The notes beneath the pieces were generated by a model, which saw nothing but the letters and a program-made list of their open reading frames with translations, had not been told where the DNA came from and ran no database searches. From the IMG/VR virus record IMGVR_UViG_3300017987_005501: DNA of 64,000 bases, one strand, 5' to 3'. A program made the translations under genes and the position numbers. Origin of the DNA: a virus (taxonomy: Duplodnaviria > Caudoviricetes). How positions within the stretch are numbered: the stretch's first letter is position 1; each line of letters begins with the position of its first letter. This document shows positions 7,045-16,415 of the stretch, piece after piece.

Positions 7045-9687
7045 ATGGCAAAAAAGAAAAAAGAATTGGAATCAGCAACTAGCAAAGCGAAATCAAAGAT
7101 TGCAGGGAAGATTGATGAGGATTACGTAGATCTTTCAGGTAGTTTTCAAAGAAACTACGATGTAATCAATTCTGGGTCAGTTATTATTAATAAAGTAATC
7201 GGATGCGGAGGCATTCCTAGAGGGAGAATTACTGAAATATTCGGCCCGCCTAGCAGTGGAAAGTGTTTGGTAGGGGATTCTCTTCTTTTTACCCCACAGC
7301 AAGGAATTATAAAAATAGAGAAATTATATCATTCTCTAAAGGATAAACCGGGTCCGGATTCAGCAGTGGAATACCAGGAAAAGATTCTTGGAAAGGATGG
7401 TATTAAAACTACCTCACATTTTTATAATGGAGGCGTTAAAAAAACCAAAAAAATTAAATCTAGATATGGTTACGAGGTTGAAGGGACCCGGGTACATCCT
7501 ATTCTTGTAATGGAAAAATCTGGAAAACAGGTTTGGAGAAAATTAAAGGATGTAAAAAAAGGGGACTATATTTGTATTCAGAGAAATCAGCAATGTTTTG
7601 GAAAAGAATATATAAAATTAGATTGGGAATATAAAAAAGAATCCAGATGGGAAACTAGCACCAAGAAATATAAAATTCCTACTTCTATTGATGAGAAGTT
7701 AGCTTCTTTCTTAGCTTATGTTATAGCAGAAGGAACAACAACATATAAAACTTCTATGGGAATTTCACAAAAAGAAACTGAAGTTGCAAATATTATTAAA
7801 AAATTAGCAAAAAGTCTTTTTGGAAAAGAATTGGTTCTAAAAAAAGAATCTCTTAAGGATTATAATTTTAGTTCGAAACAAATTAGGTCCTTTTTATATG
7901 AAGCGTTAGGGGTTAATTATGTTAAATCGAATAAAAAGGAAATTCCAGATCTTATTCTTCAATCCCCCAAATCTGTTCAACAAGCGTTTCTTCGTTCTTA
8001 TTTCGAAGCAGAGGGATCAGTAACAAGCGACTGGGTTGAAATTTCTTCAGCGAGTAAGTGGTTGGTTCACCAATTACAGGTAATGCTTCTTAACCTAGGA
8101 ATTATTGCTAACCAACGAATTATTCATAATTCCGCGACAAACAGTTCAAACCCTGTTGAAAGAGACTACTATAGTCTTTGTTTAACGGGAAATAATATTA
8201 ACATCTTTGCTAAAGAAATTGGTTTTGAATCCACACGGAAGACACAAAAACTCGATTCCTTAGTAAAACAACGTAATTCTTTAATGGAAAGATCTAATGT
8301 CGAATCTATTCCATACCAAAAAGAGTTAGTCCTTGCTTTTAAGGATGAAGTGATTAGCGAGCAAGGGACAGGCCGAGGGGGGAATTTCCCTCGAAAGGGC
8401 TTTAAAAATGTATATGGAAATAATCTCGTTAAAAGATTAGAGGCTATTAAATACCGGGGGGATAATCTATCTTATCTGACCTGGAAAAGAATAAAAGAAC
8501 AAGCTCCAAAGGAACATCAGGAATTAAATTCTTTTTCTAAGATTGAGCGAAATATTGAAAACCAATTCTTTTATGATCTAGTAACAGAAATTACAGAATC
8601 GGAAGCTCAAGTTTATGATTTAACTATTCCAGATGGGCATAATTTTACATCAAATGGAATTATTTCGCATAATACGACACTGGCTACCTCTATCTGTATC
8701 CAAGCACAAAGAGAAGGCCATTCTTGTTTATATCTGGATTACGAACATGCTTTTGATCCTAGTTATGGAAAAGCAATTGGGCTAGACTTAGATCCCAATA
8801 AATTTGCACTGTATCAACCCAACTTTTTAGAAAAAGGTCAAGAACTAATTACAAGAGCACTAGCAACCCATACTCTAGTGAAGTCTACAGGGGCTAAAAA
8901 ACAAATCCCAGATAATGAAAGAGGAATTTGGATTGATCAAAAGAAGGGTATTGGCATTGGGGTCCCAGTAGTTATTATAATTGACTCTGTTGCAGCCTTG
9001 ATTCCAAAGAAGGAATACGAAGGCGAACATGATACAATGGAAATCGGGCTCTTACCTAGATTATTGTCAAGGTATCTAAGAAAGCTCGTAAGCCTTATTA
9101 AAGCTTCCAATTGTGCGATTGTTTTAGTTAATCAAGAAAGAACTAACATTAAAATGGGTCCTTTTGCTGCCGCAGGACCTGATTATGAAACTACTGGCGG
9201 TAAGGCAGTTAAATTTTATGCTAGTGTAAGGCTAAGATTAAAGTTGAAGAAAAAGGAAAAAGCTCGCGTCTTTAATGAGATTCAAGGAACAAAGGAAGAA
9301 CTTCCTATCCAGAATGTTATTAAATGTACAGCTGTTAAAAATAAGGTGGGAATGCCCTATAGAACTGGGGATTTCGTAATCCGCTTTGGGGAAGGGGTTG
9401 ATAATGTCCGTAGCATTGTTGACATTGCTATCAATGCTGGAATTATTAATAAAGGTGGGGCCTGGTTTGATTATAAATCTCTAGTAGATGAGGCCCACAA
9501 TTTTAGGGTTCAGGGAATGGAGAAAGTTCGAGATATCGTAATTGAAAAAGATTACCTTATTGACGAATTACAAGAAAGGCTAGAATCCTATTTTAATCAG
9601 GGCGATAAGAAGGAAACAGCCTCGGACCTAGAAAAAATGGAAGACATTGAATTAATTAGCGAAGAATATGGGGACGATGACGATTAA
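7045..9687 (+). CDS. recA: RecA recombinase with an intein in the P-loop
   Basis: GGIPRGRITEIFGPPSSGK|intein|TTLA, YLDYEHAFDP, IIIDSVAAL, VLVNQER, TTGGKAVKFYASVRL, KNKVGMPYR, AGIINKGGAWF. Confidence 0.95.
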   Translation: MAKKKKELESATSKAKSKIAGKIDEDYVDLSGSFQRNYDVINSGSVIINKVIGCGGIPRGRITEIFGPPSSGKCLVGDSLLFTPQQGIIKIEKLYHSLKDKPGPDSAVEYQEKILGKDGIKTTSHFYNGGVKKTKKIKSRYGYEVEGTRVHPILVMEKSGKQVWRKLKDVKKGDYICIQRNQQCFGKEYIKLDWEYKKESRWETSTKKYKIPTSIDEKLASFLAYVIAEGTTTYKTSMGISQKETEVANIIKKLAKSLFGKELVLKKESLKDYNFSSKQIRSFLYEALGVNYVKSNKKEIPDLILQSPKSVQQAFLRSYFEAEGSVTSDWVEISSASKWLVHQLQVMLLNLGIIANQRIIHNSATNSSNPVERDYYSLCLTGNNINIFAKEIGFESTRKTQKLDSLVKQRNSLMERSNVESIPYQKELVLAFKDEVISEQGTGRGGNFPRKGFKNVYGNNLVKRLEAIKYRGDNLSYLTWKRIKEQAPKEHQELNSFSKIERNIENQFFYDLVTEITESEAQVYDLTIPDGHNFTSNGIISHNTTLATSICIQAQREGHSCLYLDYEHAFDPSYGKAIGLDLDPNKFALYQPNFLEKGQELITRALATHTLVKSTGAKKQIPDNERGIWIDQKKGIGIGVPVVIIIDSVAALIPKKEYEGEHDTMEIGLLPRLLSRYLRKLVSLIKASNCAIVLVNQERTNIKMGPFAAAGPDYETTGGKAVKFYASVRLRLKLKKKEKARVFNEIQGTKEELPIQNVIKCTAVKNKVGMPYRTGDFVIRFGEGVDNVRSIVDIAINAGIINKGGAWFDYKSLVDEAHNFRVQGMEKVRDIVIEKDYLIDELQERLESYFNQGDKKETASDLEKMEDIELISEEYGDDDD
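7264..8673 (+). mobile_element. Intein with LAGLIDADG homing endonuclease in RecA (470 aa)
   Basis: Starts CLVGDS after GK and ends ISHN before Thr. Block B TRVHPILV; LAGLIDADG-like helices FLAYVIAEGT and FLRSYFEAEGSV; block F VYDLTIP. Confidence 0.93.
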
Positions 9688-9715
9688 TTCGGTTTAAACA
9701 GTACTTTTAAGAGAG

Positions 9716-9741
9716 GCACCCTTTTCAGGGTGCTTTTTTTA
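9716..9741 (+). terminator. Intrinsic terminator after recA
   Basis: GCACCCT-tttc-AGGGTGC followed by a T-run. Confidence 0.8.
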
Positions 9742-9808
9742 TTTGTAATAGTCTTTTTTTCCGTTTTATTTATATAGGATCAAATTCTTTTATTAAAGGA
9801 GTTTCCCC

Positions 9809-10096
9809 ATGTCCCCTCTTTTATATTTCGCCGTCGTACTTCTCGAGAGTTTACTTATTATTGGAGCCATTTCTATATTTTTAACCCGAGCTATTATTGT
9901 TTATGGCAAACTTAAAATGTATAAAACCCTTCATATTCCGAAGAATTACGAGTTTAAGGTTATTAATCTTAAGCATAAGGGAAAAATTAAATGGCAAACT
10001 AATTTCGGATCAGACCAAAGATGGAAAATCTGTGCGCTGGAAAATATTAATGGTCGAGCGCTTTTAATTTATGCCCGAGAAAAAATAGGGCATTAA
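9809..10096 (+). CDS. Small membrane protein, N-terminal TM helix plus DUF4177-like domain
   Basis: AGGAG RBS, hydrophobic N-terminus, YEFKV...G.DQRWKICA...LLIYAR. Confidence 0.6.
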   Translation: MSPLLYFAVVLLESLLIIGAISIFLTRAIIVYGKLKMYKTLHIPKNYEFKVINLKHKGKIKWQTNFGSDQRWKICALENINGRALLIYAREKIGH

Positions 10097-10108
10097 TATA
10101 AGGAGAAA

Positions 10109-10384
10109 ATGATGAACTTAGTTAGTTTAATTGCTCTAGTAGGATGTGGTATTTTAGCTTTGTTAATTCTAGGGTTCAGTATTTTCTTTATGTTCTATTC
10201 CCTAAAATCTGAAACTAAATCTAAAAATTCTGCAGAGAAATTCAGCTACAAAACTACAGAAGTAGAAACATACGAAGAGTTTAATTCTTTGTTGGAAGCC
10301 GGCTCCGATGATGATTGGGTGATTTGTGCAACTTGCAAATTTGGAGAAGGTTGGATCGTAATCTATTCAAAACCTAGGGTTTAG
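10109..10384 (+). CDS. Small membrane protein, paralog of the preceding gene
   Basis: AAGGAG RBS, TM helix, YKTTEV...GSDDDWVICA...IVIYSKP. Confidence 0.6.
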   Translation: MMNLVSLIALVGCGILALLILGFSIFFMFYSLKSETKSKNSAEKFSYKTTEVETYEEFNSLLEAGSDDDWVICATCKFGEGWIVIYSKPRV

Positions 10385-10565
10385 ATCTAATAGCAATTGT
10401 TAAAGTTGTAATATCGCTTGGAATAAGTTTTATACAGTTTCCATCTTTATCCCGAATTTCTTCTGCGATAGGGCGATTTTCTTCCCAACTAATAATTTTT
10501 CCTTTGTGTAGCTCTTCTAAGTAATCCCACGTTTTTTGAGATAGTTTTAAATCATAGGGCTCCAT
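10374..10565 (-). CDS. Hypothetical protein (63 aa)
   Basis: GAGGAG RBS upstream of the ATG; phage-like composition. Confidence 0.55.
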   Translation of the reverse strand: MEPYDLKLSQKTWDYLEELHKGKIISWEENRPIAEEIRDKDGNCIKLIPSDITTLTIAIRSKP

Positions 10566-10679
10566 TTAGTTTCTCCTCGAAAAAGTTACATTATATTAAA
10601 TATACACCTTAAAAGAAAGAGATTTTTCCTCTTTCTTTTTGTAATAATTATAAAGAATCTCTGTCTGAGGGGTAGAATA

Positions 10680-11843
10680 ATGCCAATAGACGTAAGAATA
10701 AAGAACGCACAAGCAATCGAAGATGTATCTTTTCAGATTAATGGGTTTACTTGTCTTGTTGGTAAAAGCAATATCGGAAAAAGTAGCGTTTTAAGATCCC
10801 TCCAATCAATGTTTAAGAATTCTGGGGGTTTGGTTAGGCATGGAAAAGACTCCTGCGAGGTTTTTTATAATGACGGAGATCTTAATATCCACTGGACAAG
10901 AGGGAAAGAAAACAAATACAAGATTAATGAAACCGAGTATCAAACTGGAAGGGATATACCCCCTCCGATCTTAGACGCAGGAATTAAAGAATTAATTATT
11001 GGAAACTCTTCTACCAAACAAAAGATTGATGTTCAAACGAACGGCCAACATTCCCCATTATTCCTTATAGATAAGAATAAAAGAGAGGCTGCTGAAATTA
11101 TCTCTGCAATCTCTCGGCTAGATGTAATCTCAAAAGCATCAAAAGAATGTAACAGGGACCTTAAACAGTATAAGGGTAAGTTAAAATTACGGGAATCGGA
11201 TAGGGACGCAGTATCGCAACAGCTAAAGAAATTTGAAAATCTTGAAAACCTTAAAAATTCCTTCAGCTCCCTTCTTTCTTCCTTAACTAAAACACAAGAG
11301 GGATTTAATAAGGTAACGGAATTAAAATTAAAGTTAAAAAAATTAAAAGATTTAAGTAAGAGAAAAGAACTGTATGATAAAATAAAATTAATAGAAATTC
11401 CAGAATTTGTTTTGGATTTGTCCCAAAATAGGATTGAAAAATTAAAAGGGATCAGCGACAACCTTTCCTTAATAAAAGCTGAGATTAAAATTCTTAAAAG
11501 AATTAAAACACTAAAAATTCCAACTTTTAATGAGGACGAACATAGAAAATTATTATCCTTAACTGTAAAGTTAGAAGAAATTAAAGCATTGTCAAAGAAA
11601 ACGTTATTAAGGGAAGAACTAGAAAAAATAAAGATGGTTTCTTTGTCCTCCCTGGAAGGAACCGTTCAGCAATTAGAAGTTTTTAAGGAAATTAAAAACC
11701 GTCTTAATGAAATAAATAAGAGTATAGAAGAAACAGAGGAAGAAATCGGGAAGTTGAAGGATAAGCTTTTAAAGTTAAAAGAAGGTAAAGCGAAGATAGA
11801 GAAAAATCTAGGATCTTGCCCAATTTGTGGAAAGGAATTTTAG
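10680..11843 (+). CDS. SbcC/Rad50-like ATPase, N-terminal half (Walker A, coiled coil, zinc hook)
   Basis: IKNAQAIED...GKSNIGKSS Walker A, Q-loop region, long coiled coil ending CPICGKEF-stop. No Walker B in this ORF. Confidence 0.85.
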   Translation: MPIDVRIKNAQAIEDVSFQINGFTCLVGKSNIGKSSVLRSLQSMFKNSGGLVRHGKDSCEVFYNDGDLNIHWTRGKENKYKINETEYQTGRDIPPPILDAGIKELIIGNSSTKQKIDVQTNGQHSPLFLIDKNKREAAEIISAISRLDVISKASKECNRDLKQYKGKLKLRESDRDAVSQQLKKFENLENLKNSFSSLLSSLTKTQEGFNKVTELKLKLKKLKDLSKRKELYDKIKLIEIPEFVLDLSQNRIEKLKGISDNLSLIKAEIKILKRIKTLKIPTFNEDEHRKLLSLTVKLEEIKALSKKTLLREELEKIKMVSLSSLEGTVQQLEVFKEIKNRLNEINKSIEETEEEIGKLKDKLLKLKEGKAKIEKNLGSCPICGKEF

Positions 11844-12878
11844 GTGTTTAATTTTATAACAGTTGGGGATGTTCATTCAGCAGATAAAAATCCAGGCGCG
11901 AGGGTTGGGGATTATTTTATAGACACATTCGATAAGCTAGATCAAATTGCTATTATTGCTGAAAAGGTTAAAGCTGATGCCGTTTTTTTCTTGGGAGATA
12001 TATTTCATATTAAACAACAAAAAGAAAATAGTTGTAAGTTAATAGCCAATTGGATCGAACTCCTAAAAACTTACCCTCCAACTATAGGAATCGCTGGCAA
12101 CCATGACGAATCTTTTAATAACCCGGAGACAATCCCAAACCAACCAATTGGGGTTTTAGAAGCTAGCGGACACTTAACCCTTTTAGATGAAAAATTAGAT
12201 AAACATTATATCTTTGAGAAAGCTGGAATTAAGATTAGGGTTGCAGGATATCCTTATGAAAAGAAACTAGGAATATCAGCTTGTGATATTAAGAAAAAGG
12301 ATGAGGATATATTAATTGCCCTAGCCCATATTTATGCCGGCCCAAAAGAAAAGGATCTTTTCGGGGAAACAATTTATGGATACGATAAGATGGTTTCTTT
12401 TAATCCTGATATCTTTTGTTTTGGCCATTACCACGTCGACCAAGGGGTTCGAAAAAAAGGTACTAAATATTTTATAAACCTTGGTGCCATAACGAGAGGG
12501 TCCATTTCAAAAGATGACCTAGAAAGAAAACCTAAGGTTGGTTGGATAAGTATTAACGAGAAAAGAGAAATAACAATTAAACAAATTAAATTAAAAGTAA
12601 AACCTTCTAATGAGATCTTTAACCTTGAATTAAAAGAAGAGATTGAATCGGAAAATGATCAAATTAACGCCTATATAGAAAAATTAAAATCAGAAATCGA
12701 AGGGACGAAGGTTGAGGCTAATATTGCGAAACAAATTGGAAGCCTGGACCTTTCCACAGAAGTAAAAGATATGGTTTACCATTATCTTGAAAAAGCCGGG
12801 CTAGAAAAAGGAGAGATAGAGTCCTCCGATATTTTAGCAAATATTACATTAAAAGGAGAAAATGATGGCGACAGTTGA
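11844..12878 (+). CDS. sbcD: SbcD/Mre11-like metallophosphoesterase nuclease
   Basis: GDVH, LGDIFH, AGNHD, AH, FGHYH, NLGAITR; adjacent to the SbcC N-half. Confidence 0.85.
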   Translation: MFNFITVGDVHSADKNPGARVGDYFIDTFDKLDQIAIIAEKVKADAVFFLGDIFHIKQQKENSCKLIANWIELLKTYPPTIGIAGNHDESFNNPETIPNQPIGVLEASGHLTLLDEKLDKHYIFEKAGIKIRVAGYPYEKKLGISACDIKKKDEDILIALAHIYAGPKEKDLFGETIYGYDKMVSFNPDIFCFGHYHVDQGVRKKGTKYFINLGAITRGSISKDDLERKPKVGWISINEKREITIKQIKLKVKPSNEIFNLELKEEIESENDQINAYIEKLKSEIEGTKVEANIAKQIGSLDLSTEVKDMVYHYLEKAGLEKGEIESSDILANITLKGENDGDS

Positions 12879-13350
12879 AATTAATACAACAGAAATTGGG
12901 AAATCGAATCTTATAAAGAAGATAACAGAAGTTTTATCTATTATAACCGCTTGCCCGGATAATATGGTATTTAAGATAAAATTAGAACTTGACGGGGTGG
13001 ATATGCGTCTTACAAAAGCCGCCATGGACTTTGTAGAACAACAGCAAAAAAACCAAGAGGAGCCTGAAGATGAAGAAGAAAAACTAGAAGAAGCTGCTCC
13101 AACCCCCACACAATTAACTGACTTTCTACAAAGAATGCAATTTGGGGACTTAGATAAAGTTTCAGACTTTCTAAAAGAGAAATTTGGGGTTGAAGAAAAC
13201 TTAAAGTTGGGACCAGAGATGACCCAAAAAGAAACTTTATCCCATTTAAAGGACCAAATGATTGGTAAAAAGGATGATCACGATCAAGTTATTGACGATA
13301 TTTTAAAACCTCGAAAATTAAAGGAAGAGGAAGGGAATGAAAAAGACTAA
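12862..13350 (+). CDS. Hypothetical protein
   Basis: AAAGGAG RBS; overlaps both neighbours in operon fashion. Confidence 0.65.
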   Translation: MMATVEINTTEIGKSNLIKKITEVLSIITACPDNMVFKIKLELDGVDMRLTKAAMDFVEQQQKNQEEPEDEEEKLEEAAPTPTQLTDFLQRMQFGDLDKVSDFLKEKFGVEENLKLGPEMTQKETLSHLKDQMIGKKDDHDQVIDDILKPRKLKEEEGNEKD

Positions 13351-14119
13351 AATCAGTTGGTCTTCTTTTGATTTATGGCGATTATGTCCCCATGCCTATG
13401 ATCTTTTCTATCTGGAAGAAAAAGGATTCGATTTAGATGAAAAACAAGATCGCTTCTTCGCAATTATTGGTTCTGTAATTCAAGAGATTTTTTCTAGGTT
13501 TTATAATGATCAACTTTGGAGACTAAAAAAAGAAGCTATCCCCTATTTAACAGATACGCTACTGCCCAAAGTTTGGCCTTTTGTTCTCGATGGTTTTACT
13601 GTTAACTGGGAGAATCATGATAAATCCGAAAAAGAATTATATGAAGAAGCAAAAGGGATGATACCCAAGGTTACCAAGCTTCTATTAGGCGAAAAGCTTC
13701 TATTTCCAAATGGATTACAGCGGGCTGAAGTAAAGCATATGCTTCCTTTTAATGAAGAAAATGGAATCTACCTAATGGGAAAGGTCGATTTCTTATTTAA
13801 GGACTCCGAAGTAATTATTTTAGATGGAAAAGCCACCCATAATGTTAAGGACGATCAACTATATTTCTATAGCTACCTCTATGAATTAATTAATGGGGAA
13901 TTGCCTGATAAAATTGGATATATCTATTACGATACAGCAGAAGTCTCGTATATTAAATTTAGTGCTAGGAAGTATAATAGATTAAAGAAGGAAATAAACG
14001 AATTAGTTCAAGCAATAGATAAAAAGGATTTTCCTGCTAAACCTGAGTTAAATAAATGTGAAGCTTGTACATTAAAATCAATTTGTTCAAAAAAGGAGTT
14101 AAATAATGCCACGGCGTAA
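13337..14119 (+). CDS. PD-(D/E)xK nuclease, Cas4/RecB/AddB-like, probable Fe-S
   Basis: SWSSFDLWRLCP, GKVDFL...ILDGKA, QLYFY, C-terminal CEACTLKSIC (four Cys in the AddB/Cas4 arrangement). Confidence 0.85.
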   Translation: MKKTKISWSSFDLWRLCPHAYDLFYLEEKGFDLDEKQDRFFAIIGSVIQEIFSRFYNDQLWRLKKEAIPYLTDTLLPKVWPFVLDGFTVNWENHDKSEKELYEEAKGMIPKVTKLLLGEKLLFPNGLQRAEVKHMLPFNEENGIYLMGKVDFLFKDSEVIILDGKATHNVKDDQLYFYSYLYELINGELPDKIGYIYYDTAEVSYIKFSARKYNRLKKEINELVQAIDKKDFPAKPELNKCEACTLKSICSKKELNNATA

Positions 14120-14420
14120 AAATACAGAAGCTGAGAAAAAAATTGAGCCGTTAGAAGAGGAGAAGGAAAAACAAAGGAAGAAAGAGACAAAGGAAGAAAA
14201 ACAGAATCTCCCAAAATTTGTTTTGGTTAGCGAAGATGGTTCAATTCAAAAAACTAAAGTTATTATCAATGGGAAAATTATTAAGGACTTTTCCCAGTTT
14301 GATTTAGTTGCGGAAGAAGGACAAATTACATTTAACTATATCAAGTCTGGGTCTATTAACTTAAACGAAGTTGATGATCTATTCCCTCCAGACGAAGGAG
14401 GTGCGGAAAATGACAGTTAA
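14106..14420 (+). CDS. Hypothetical protein
   Basis: AAGGAG RBS; overlapping operon arrangement. Confidence 0.6.
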   Translation: MPRRKNTEAEKKIEPLEEEKEKQRKKETKEEKQNLPKFVLVSEDGSIQKTKVIINGKIIKDFSQFDLVAEEGQITFNYIKSGSINLNEVDDLFPPDEGGAENDS

Positions 14421-14811
14421 AAAATATGATGGTGGCAGTGGGTCGCCTGGAGAAGCCGAACGTCCGATGAAGAGAAAAGTTAAGGTACCAAGAGATAAAG
14501 ATGGGAGGACTATTTTGACTGGAAATGTTAAGGTGCCTAAGGATGGAGAAGATTTTGGAGATTCTGGTGAAGATTTACCACCCCCAGGAGAGGATGAATC
14601 CCCCCGCCCAAGAAGAACCCGAGAAAGAAGACGGGAAGGGAAAGAAACTCCAAAAAGATTGATTCTTCCTGAGGAAGAATATGAAGACGAAGTCGACACA
14701 AAAGACGGAATTCTCCAGATAATGACCAATGGGACTTCGGAGGGAACCGTAGTTACGTTAAATGGAAAAAAATTAAATGTTAAAGTTATCCTAAATTTAA
14801 TGATAGTTTAG
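14410..14811 (+). CDS. Hypothetical low-complexity protein
   Basis: GGAGG RBS before ATG 14410. C-terminal ILQIMTNGTSEGTVVTLNGKKL resembles the TKVIINGKII segment of the upstream protein. Confidence 0.55.
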   Translation: MTVKKYDGGSGSPGEAERPMKRKVKVPRDKDGRTILTGNVKVPKDGEDFGDSGEDLPPPGEDESPRPRRTRERRREGKETPKRLILPEEEYEDEVDTKDGILQIMTNGTSEGTVVTLNGKKLNVKVILNLMIV

Positions 14812-14881
14812 GGATCATTTTTAAATCCGGCTTTTTTATTCGTATATAAAAAGGAATATAAAAAGGAATAGGATAATTTTA

Positions 14882-15154
14882 ATGGCAGACTTAACAGAAA
14901 AACTTTTAGAGCTTAAAAAGTTAAGAGAAAAGATCTCTGATAAAAAGAATCGTCTTGAAGGAAAACTTGATGCCGATCAAAAGGCATTAAAAAAGCTTGA
15001 AGCTGAGCTTGAGGAAGAGGGGATACAGCCCGCTGAGTTAGAAACAGAAATTAATAAACTAGAAACGAAGCTAACGCGGGAGTATGAAAGATTGGAGAAA
15101 GAATTAAACGCAATTAGCAAAGAAGTAACCGATATTGAATCACAGTGTTCTTAA
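14882..15154 (+). CDS. 90-aa coiled-coil protein (candidate middle piece of the split SbcC)
   Basis: Heptad pattern throughout; lies between the two SbcC halves. Confidence 0.65.
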   Translation: MADLTEKLLELKKLREKISDKKNRLEGKLDADQKALKKLEAELEEEGIQPAELETEINKLETKLTREYERLEKELNAISKEVTDIESQCS

Positions 15155-15179
15155 TTAATTAGAAAAGGAGATTGCTGAA

Positions 15180-16415
15180 ATGGCAAAATTTAAGATTAAA
15201 AAAGAAGCATTATTAGATAACTTAAATCTAGCTTCTCTTGCGATAAATCGAAGGGAAGAAGATATTACAAGTAACTTTGTTTTTAAGGTTGAGGATGAAA
15301 AACTTGTAATTTTAGCAACTGATAATACTTCAATTGCAAAAGTAAAGGTTGGAAAAATTAGTCTAGAGGGCGATGATAATGAATCCTTTTCTTTTACCTT
15401 AAAAGCTCAAAAAGTTTTAGGGTTGTTAGGGACCTTAAAAAAGGATAACGAAGTCGAGTTTAATTTTAATAAGGCAGATATGAATGTCGTTATTAATGAA
15501 ACTTATGATTTTCCTTCTCTTGATCCAGACGATTTCCCAGAATTTAATAGTGAAATTGAAAAGGCAGAGTCTATTTCGGAAATAAAAATTGATGCATTGA
15601 GTAATGCCCTAAAATATATTAATGGGTTTATTGGGAATGACCCTCAAGGCCGTCCAGAATTAACTATTGGTTTAATTAAGGATAATACTTTCTTGGCGAG
15701 TAATGGAAAAACCTTTGGGGTATATGAATCTAAGGACCTTAAAGCAGATGGGTTTGAAGTAAGCTACAACGTTATTGGAAATATCCAGAAGTTTACTAAG
15801 GGTTTTGAAACCCCTATTGTTGTTGAGCCTAAAGATAAAAATAAGGACGACGACTCTAAGGACGACGACTCTAAGGACGACGACTCTAAGGACGACGACG
15901 GAGCGGTTGTCCCCTCTAAAAAGATAAAGCTACTGAAAAGTTCTAACTTTTTCATTATTGCTTCCCCCGACGAGTTAAACTACTATGGGTTTAGAAAGTG
16001 CGACTATAAATTCCCAGCTCAAAAGCTTCAAACGCAAATTGAGAAGGGAAAGGACGCAGAAACAAAATGCAAAATTTCTCGAGTTGAACTTTCGGAAGTC
16101 ATTAACCGTTTATCTTTCTGTATCGATGAAACAAGCAATAGGATGTCTTTTGTATTAACTGGGGATTCAGACGAGGCAGAGTTAGAAATCTCTGTTATTG
16201 GTTCCCATAAAAGGACAACTACAGAAAAAATGAAGGTCTCAAGACTTTCAGGCGAAGAGGATATTACTTTTAGCCTAAACTTTAACCACTTAACTAAAGT
16301 TTTACCCCTTTATGACAGCCCTGAAATAATCCTATCAGAAAATAAAGCTATTATGTTATCAGACGAACTTGACGACCACAATCTTTATGGGATGATTGCA
16401 GTTTTAAGGAGTTAA
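15180..16415 (+). CDS. dnaN: DNA polymerase III beta-like sliding clamp
   Basis: Size and three-domain beta-clamp pattern: KFKIKKEALLDNLN, LVILATDN, YDFPSLDPDDFP, FLASNGKTFG, ITFSLNFNHLTKVL. delta, delta' and tau genes occur in the same window. Confidence 0.8.
   Translation: MAKFKIKKEALLDNLNLASLAINRREEDITSNFVFKVEDEKLVILATDNTSIAKVKVGKISLEGDDNESFSFTLKAQKVLGLLGTLKKDNEVEFNFNKADMNVVINETYDFPSLDPDDFPEFNSEIEKAESISEIKIDALSNALKYINGFIGNDPQGRPELTIGLIKDNTFLASNGKTFGVYESKDLKADGFEVSYNVIGNIQKFTKGFETPIVVEPKDKNKDDDSKDDDSKDDDSKDDDGAVVPSKKIKLLKSSNFFIIASPDELNYYGFRKCDYKFPAQKLQTQIEKGKDAETKCKISRVELSEVINRLSFCIDETSNRMSFVLTGDSDEAELEISVIGSHKRTTTEKMKVSRLSGEEDITFSLNFNHLTKVLPLYDSPEIILSENKAIMLSDELDDHNLYGMIAVLRS
15842..15899 (+). 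repeat. Perfect 15-bp tandem repeat (about 3.8 copies) encoding KDDDS inside the clamp gene
   Basis: AAGGACGACGACTCT x3 plus AAGGACGACGAC. Confidence 0.95.

Noticed and set aside
13337-14119. CRISPR-Cas locus suggested by the Cas4-like nuclease
   Set aside because: No cas1/cas2 or effector genes and no repeat-spacer array seen. Solo Cas4-like nucleases are common in phage recombination modules.
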